A DNA stretch of 64,000 nt. Source: Chlamydiota bacterium. Lineage in GTDB: Bacteria > Chlamydiota > Chlamydiia > Chlamydiales > Rhabdochlamydiaceae. Shown here piece after piece: positions 59,084 to 64,000 of the stretch. A program made the position numbers and the translations under genes. Under the pieces are notes generated by a model. The model was not told the origin of the DNA and made no database searches. It saw only the letters and a list, made by a program, of their open reading frames with translations. The stretch lies in assembly GCA_022614855.1 (NCBI GenBank), contig JAKEHU010000006.1, positions 20,537 through 84,536 on the forward strand, written 5' to 3'. Every line of letters starts with the position of its first letter. Within the stretch, counting starts at the first letter, position 1.

Positions 59084-59110
59084 TTAGCACACAAGAGTAA
59101 AAACTGCTAA
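59084..59110. promoter_or_regulatory. CIRCE-like inverted repeat (HrcA operator candidate)
   Basis: TTAGCACAC-N9-AACTGCTAA compares with the consensus TTAGCACTC-N9-GAGTGCTAA. It lies about 95 nt upstream of groES. Confidence 0.6.
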
Positions 59111-59164
59111 TTTTATCTTTTCTTTAAAATAAAAATTTTATTTGATATTCCAAAATTATCTAGT

Positions 59165-62100
59165 ATGTCAGAGAAAAAAAAAGTATCCAAAAAAATTCTA
59201 AAGGCAAAAGAACTCTTATACAAAGTGCATGGAACTTCTCTGTCTAATGCAGAGCGGGAAAAAAAGAGTATTGAACTCGCTAGCTTTTTACTTGATGAAG
59301 CGCTCCACCAACAAACATTTAAGGAAAAACTTAAAGTAGCGGAACTAGCAAGAATGATGGATGATCCAAAAGGAAAAGCTTTCACCACATACATGACCGA
59401 TCAATGTTTTCGCAGCAAAAAATCGAGCCGAATATCTGATCAATTGATCTATCTGCTTCACAAGATGGGAACTCCAAAATATCTAGGACCTATAAAAAAA
59501 TCTCAGTTGATCCTTTTTAAATTTTTAGGAAAACCCTTTTCATTTCTTCTCGTTCCCTTAGCGACTTATATGCTCAGGAGAGCAACATCATCCGTAATTT
59601 TACCAGGAGAAATGGGTAAATTATCTGAGCACATGCATAAGAGACGCGCACAAGGAGTGAGATTGAATTTAAACCATCTTGGAGAGGCAATTTTAGGAGA
59701 AGAAGAAGCAAGAAGAAGATTGCATGTTTATCTTCATGATTTAAAGCAGGACGATATCGAATATGTTTCCATTAAGATTTCCACTATTTTTAGCCAAATC
59801 CATATCGTCGATTGGGACAAGACCCTTAAAATATTGAGCGAAAGGTTGAGAGAACTTTACAGAGTCGCGATGAAACACACCTTCAAAGCACAAGACGGGA
59901 CGGAAAGAGGGAAATTTGTAAATCTGGATATGGAGGAGTATAGAGATCTGCATTTAACAAAAGATCTTTTTAAAAAAGTGTTAGATGAAGAAGAATTTCT
60001 TTCTTTTTCAGCTGGAATTGTTCTGCAAGCTTATCTTCCCGATTCCTTTGAAATTTTTAAAGAGATCATCGAATGGGCAAAAAAAAGAGTTTCTCGAGGA
60101 GGTGCTCCAGTCAAAGTTCGCATTGTCAAAGGAGCAAATCTTGCCATGGAACAGGTTGAAGCAAGCTTGAAGAAATGGCCGCAGGCACCTTTCAAAACAA
60201 AACGAGAGGTAGATGCAAATTACAAAAGAATGGTCCATTTTGGATCTACTCCGGAAAATGCACGAGCAGTCCATTTGGGTATTGCCAGCCATAATCTTTT
60301 CGATATTTCCTATGCGATGCTCCTCAGAGCAGAAAATAAATTAGAAAAGGAAGTTTCTTTTGAAATGCTTGAGGGAATGGCAGACCATATGAGAAGGGCT
60401 GTGCAAGAACTGGTAGGGGATATTTTGCTCTATTGTCCTGTTGCAACCAAAGAAGATTTTCAAAGTGCAATCGCCTATTTAATCAGACGCCTTGATGAAA
60501 ACACAGGAGCTGAAAATTTCTTGCGCCATAGTTTTGGTTTAAAGCCGGGAACAGAAGAATGGATGGATCAAATCGACTTATTTACAAATAGTTGTAGGCA
60601 AAAAGATCATATTTCTTCCGCACCCCGTCGAAATCAAAACCGCCATGATCAGCCCAGCCATCTTGAAATGGAAGAGCTATTCGAAAATGAAGCTGATACC
60701 GATTTTTCTCTTTTTCAAAATCAAAAGTGGGCAGCTGGTATCGTAAAAAAATGGCAAAAAAAACCGTTTGACCCCATTCCATTAGTAATTGGAGGTAAGG
60801 AAATTCATCAGGAAAATCCGGAGGGAATTGGAGTCGACCCTTCCCATCCTAAAAAAGATCCTCTATACCATTTTTCTCTAGCAAGCGCAGAGCAAATTGA
60901 TGAGGCTTTAGAAATTGCCAAATCTGAAGAACTGGATTGGGCAAAAACTCCTAGTATTGAGAGATGCAAACTGATCTCTGATGTAGCCAAAATGATGAGA
61001 AAAGAACGAGGAGATTTGATTGGAGTGATGATGCGAGATGGAGGAAAAACGGTTCTCGAAGCAGAGCCTGAAGTTTCAGAGGCAATAGACTTTGCAGAGT
61101 ATTATTTGCGCAGCATGAAAAAAATGCATGGTTGCGAAGATATTGAGTGGCACCCAAAGGGAACGATCTTAGTTACCCCTCCATGGAATTTTCCCATTTC
61201 TATTCCAGCAGGTTGCATCTGTGCAGCGCTTGTCACAGGAAATTGCGTCATCTTTAAGCCTGCTCCTGAAGCAGTGGTGTCCGGTTGGATTTTAGCCAAT
61301 CTGTTTTGGAAAGCAGGAATCTCGAAGAAAGTCTTGCAATTTGTAAATTGTGAAGATGAACCGATTGGAAGTAAGCTGATTGCAGATCCAAGGGTAAATG
61401 GCGTCATCTTAACAGGTGCCACTTCTACAGCTCGCCTTTTCTTAAAACTTCGACCTTCACTTGATCTAACTGCTGAAACAGGTGGAAAAAATGCGATGAT
61501 CATCACTGCAATGGCTGATCGCGATCTTGCTATTAAAGATCTGATCAACTCTGCATTTGGCCATTCAGGACAAAAATGCAGTGCGGCAAGTCTTGCAATA
61601 TTGGAGGCAGAAGTTTACGACGATCCCCATTTTAGAAGACAATTAAAAGATGCTGTTGAGAGTTTGAAGGTTGGTAGCCCCTTTGATCTCTCTGCAAAAA
61701 TCGTTCCCTTGATTAGAGAACCTGGAGAAGCTTTATTGCGAGGGTTGACCCGTTTAGATCGCAAAGAGGAGTGGCTTGTTAAGCCAAAGCAAGATTCGGA
61801 CAATCCTCAATTATGGACTCCAGGAGTTAAATTTGGAGTAAAAGAGAGGAGCTTCATGCATCAGACTGAATTATTTGGACCTGTTCTTGGTGTGATGAGG
61901 GCAAAGAATCTAGATCATGCCATCTATCTTGCCAATGGAACTCCATATGGTCTTACCTCCGGTATTCACACCTTAGATGAAAGAGAACAGAAAAAATGGA
62001 TGGAAGAAATTGAAGCGGGAAATCTCTATGTAAATAGAGGCATTACGGGAGCTGTTGTCCGCAGACAGCCTTTTGGAGGTTGCAAAGCAAGTGGTTTTGG

Positions 62101-62791
62101 AAGAGGTGCAAAAGCAGGAGGGCCAAACTATCTTTGGCAATTTATGACTCCTGTACAAGCCGGGCTTCCTCAAGAAAAAATTCCCATTTCAAACCCTGTA
62201 AACCAGTTGACCAACTCGATCGAAAAAATTCCCCTAAGCGGCGAACAGTTAGGTTTATGGTATGCGAGTATTTCCAACTATGCCTATTGGGCAAAAAAAT
62301 TTGCACGCGATGCAGACCCTTCAAAAATACTTGGCCAAGATAATCTTTTCCGATATCGTCCACGAAAAAATATCCTTTTTCGCATTCAGCAGAGCGATGC
62401 AAAACTCGATGTATTAAGAGTCTTTGCTGCGGCCTTATCTTGCTCTATTAAAATGGAGATCAGTTGGGATGAAGAGAATAATGCAGATCTACAGAGTTGT
62501 GATTGGAAATCCCTTATCCCGGATTTCGAATTTCATATTGAAAATGAAGATAGGTTCATCACAAGGCTTAAAACAACAAAAATTGAGCGAGTGCGCCTTC
62601 TTTCCACTCCTTCAAAAAAAGTGCAAGAAACCTCTGCTGAAAAGGCAATTTTCCTAGATCATGCTCCCGTTCTAGCCAATGGAAGATTTGAACTCCTCCA
62701 TTATTTGAGGGAAATTGCCATCAGCATCGACTACCATCGCTATGGTAACCTCGGCTTAAGGGAAGTAGAGCAAAGGGCAGAGATTCTCTAA
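59165..62791 (+). CDS. putA: Bifunctional proline dehydrogenase / delta-1-pyrroline-5-carboxylate dehydrogenase
   Basis: At 1208 aa, it joins a PRODH barrel (EMLEGMAD, YLIRRLDENT) to an ALDH domain (ETGGKNAMII, FGHSGQKCSAAS, ELFGPVL). Confidence 0.92.
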   Translation: MSEKKKVSKKILKAKELLYKVHGTSLSNAEREKKSIELASFLLDEALHQQTFKEKLKVAELARMMDDPKGKAFTTYMTDQCFRSKKSSRISDQLIYLLHKMGTPKYLGPIKKSQLILFKFLGKPFSFLLVPLATYMLRRATSSVILPGEMGKLSEHMHKRRAQGVRLNLNHLGEAILGEEEARRRLHVYLHDLKQDDIEYVSIKISTIFSQIHIVDWDKTLKILSERLRELYRVAMKHTFKAQDGTERGKFVNLDMEEYRDLHLTKDLFKKVLDEEEFLSFSAGIVLQAYLPDSFEIFKEIIEWAKKRVSRGGAPVKVRIVKGANLAMEQVEASLKKWPQAPFKTKREVDANYKRMVHFGSTPENARAVHLGIASHNLFDISYAMLLRAENKLEKEVSFEMLEGMADHMRRAVQELVGDILLYCPVATKEDFQSAIAYLIRRLDENTGAENFLRHSFGLKPGTEEWMDQIDLFTNSCRQKDHISSAPRRNQNRHDQPSHLEMEELFENEADTDFSLFQNQKWAAGIVKKWQKKPFDPIPLVIGGKEIHQENPEGIGVDPSHPKKDPLYHFSLASAEQIDEALEIAKSEELDWAKTPSIERCKLISDVAKMMRKERGDLIGVMMRDGGKTVLEAEPEVSEAIDFAEYYLRSMKKMHGCEDIEWHPKGTILVTPPWNFPISIPAGCICAALVTGNCVIFKPAPEAVVSGWILANLFWKAGISKKVLQFVNCEDEPIGSKLIADPRVNGVILTGATSTARLFLKLRPSLDLTAETGGKNAMIITAMADRDLAIKDLINSAFGHSGQKCSAASLAILEAEVYDDPHFRRQLKDAVESLKVGSPFDLSAKIVPLIREPGEALLRGLTRLDRKEEWLVKPKQDSDNPQLWTPGVKFGVKERSFMHQTELFGPVLGVMRAKNLDHAIYLANGTPYGLTSGIHTLDEREQKKWMEEIEAGNLYVNRGITGAVVRRQPFGGCKASGFGRGAKAGGPNYLWQFMTPVQAGLPQEKIPISNPVNQLTNSIEKIPLSGEQLGLWYASISNYAYWAKKFARDADPSKILGQDNLFRYRPRKNILFRIQQSDAKLDVLRVFAAALSCSIKMEISWDEENNADLQSCDWKSLIPDFEFHIENEDRFITRLKTTKIERVRLLSTPSKKVQETSAEKAIFLDHAPVLANGRFELLHYLREIAISIDYHRYGNLGLREVEQRAEIL

Positions 62792-63267
62792 CTATTCTTT
62801 TCTCTAGGTTTATTTTTCTTTTCCTCCCTTTCTTTCTTTTTTTGCTCTTCTCTTTCTCTCTTTTCTTTCTCCCTTGCTTCTCTTTCCTTTTTTAAGGGGC
62901 AATCTTCATTTTTGCAGATAAGAAAATATTCCAATTTACATCCAGGACATGTTGGTAAAACTTTAATTTGAAAATTTCTTGTTACATTTAATTCAACTGA
63001 TGGGAGCTTGACATAACACCCCTTTTCATCGGAAAAGAGTTTTGGAATGAGGAGATAATCATCACTATTGTTTAAAACAAGAAATATTCCCTTTTCGGTT
63101 GGATAAATATGATCTTCCTTTAAATAAATCTTATTTTGATCAAATTCCCTTACACAAGTTGCCTGATTTTTGATGATTTCTTCCATTAGAAAACCATTTT
63201 GATCATTATTGGCAAATGCTAAGATAGAAAATGTGATAAATAAAAAAACAAACTTTTTCACAATCAT
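62788..63267 (-). CDS. Secreted hypothetical protein with CxxC..C..C knuckle and K/E/R-rich tail
   Basis: It has a signal peptide (FVFLFITFSILAFA), then PTCPGCK...CKNEDCP, and a C-terminal KKEREAREKEKREREEQKKKEREEKK. Confidence 0.45.
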   Translation of the reverse strand: MIVKKFVFLFITFSILAFANNDQNGFLMEEIIKNQATCVREFDQNKIYLKEDHIYPTEKGIFLVLNNSDDYLLIPKLFSDEKGCYVKLPSVELNVTRNFQIKVLPTCPGCKLEYFLICKNEDCPLKKEREAREKEKREREEQKKKEREEKKNKPREKNS

Positions 63268-64000
63268 ATGAAAACTCCTAAAAAAAAAATTTCAGTTTAT
63301 CCTTTTAAGTTCTTTCTTATTTTTATTTCAATTGGTTTCTTTTTTTCTTCTTGTCAAAGAGATTGTTCGGATCATAAAAAGTTTAATCTCACAAAAGAAG
63401 AAAGGGTTTGGATGGAAGAATTTTTTAATGATCTCATGTTCTTTGAACGCGGTATTTATACTCTTTGGGGCTCAAAACCGATGACCCGAGTAGTATTAGA
63501 GCATTTCACACAGGAAGAGCTAGAAAATCGCATTTTAACAGAAGAAGAAAAAAAAACAGCTTTTTCACTCGCAAAAGATTATACACTTCCGGAAAACTGG
63601 GAAAAATGGAAAAAAATCAGTTCAAGGTTTCCCCTGAAACGGTACCTTCTTTTCCAATCAGACTGGTATAACGATCCAAAAGCTACATATGTTTACTTTG
63701 TAGATATCCTTAAAACGACCTTGGTGATTCAAGAAAACTACGATACATTTCGCAATGCCATTGGATTTGATTTTGATCCAACCCAGGTTGTCTTTGAAAT
63801 GCAAGATAAGAATTCAAAAATCTGGGAAAAGATACGGGGGGGAGGACATGCTCTTTTATGGGGAATTTTATTTGGATATGGGAAGAAAAACTCCTATGCA
63901 TTCCATTGGAAATATTTTAAAGAGGGGATAAACAATTTTTTTCCTTCTATTAAAAATAAATTCAGTGAACATCCCTTTCGCGGTCTTTCAAATGTTCGCA
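63268..64000 (+). CDS. Hypothetical lipoprotein, 3' end outside the window (absent from the supplied ORF track)
   Basis: The ATG at 63268 opens a frame with no stop to the window end: MKTPKKKISVYPFKFFLIFISIGFFFSSCQRD (lipobox-like FSSC)...HALLWGILFGYGKKNSYAFHWKYF. Confidence 0.55.
   Translation, partial: MKTPKKKISVYPFKFFLIFISIGFFFSSCQRDCSDHKKFNLTKEERVWMEEFFNDLMFFERGIYTLWGSKPMTRVVLEHFTQEELENRILTEEEKKTAFSLAKDYTLPENWEKWKKISSRFPLKRYLLFQSDWYNDPKATYVYFVDILKTTLVIQENYDTFRNAIGFDFDPTQVVFEMQDKNSKIWEKIRGGGHALLWGILFGYGKKNSYAFHWKYFKEGINNFFPSIKNKFSEHPFRGLSNVR

Overview
The window is AT-rich, densely coding bacterial chromosome. The gene content points to an environmental member of the Chlamydiae (Parachlamydiaceae-like). 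The pointers are an RsbU-type PP2C phosphatase, a CIRCE-like element before groES-groEL, a Cys-rich MOMP-like porin, divergent T2SS pseudopilins, eukaryote-like LRR and propeller proteins, and a UAP1-type UDP-sugar pyrophosphorylase. This lineage call is an inference, not a database result. Most of the ~60 genes are housekeeping: PBP, ruvCA, mnmE, nth, psd, secA, lpdA-lipA, glgC, mutL, pepP, cca, eno, rsgA, ahpC, groESL, putA and one tRNA-Arg(ACG). Positions 1.9-15.3 kb form an envelope-glycan region with a Wza-like exporter, a Wzc-like protein with a degenerate kinase domain, UDP-GlcA decarboxylase and epimerase, LicD, a PagL-like deacylase, UDPGP and two GT9 enzymes. I see no CRISPR array, rRNA, transposase, prophage or recognisable defence system. 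The most unusual content is non-coding. At least four unrelated families of ~161-168 bp palindromic MITE-like elements are present, plus two short REP-like repeat families, and no transposase lies in the window. One MITE splits a doc toxin gene and leaves its antitoxin intact. One family's terminal repeat (GGATAGGTTC) sits directly before the opening ATG of three genes and elsewhere encodes the last six codons and stop of a transporter. Another family brackets a metallophosphoesterase gene and contains the start codon of a pseudopilin gene. A fourth has a clean 7-bp target-site duplication at a start codon. A ~320-nt GC-rich non-coding island at 29.4-29.7 kb, closed by a 14-bp long-range helix, looks like an unassigned structured RNA. 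Coordinates of repeats and RNA features were counted by hand from the sequence. Start codons are best guesses where noted.
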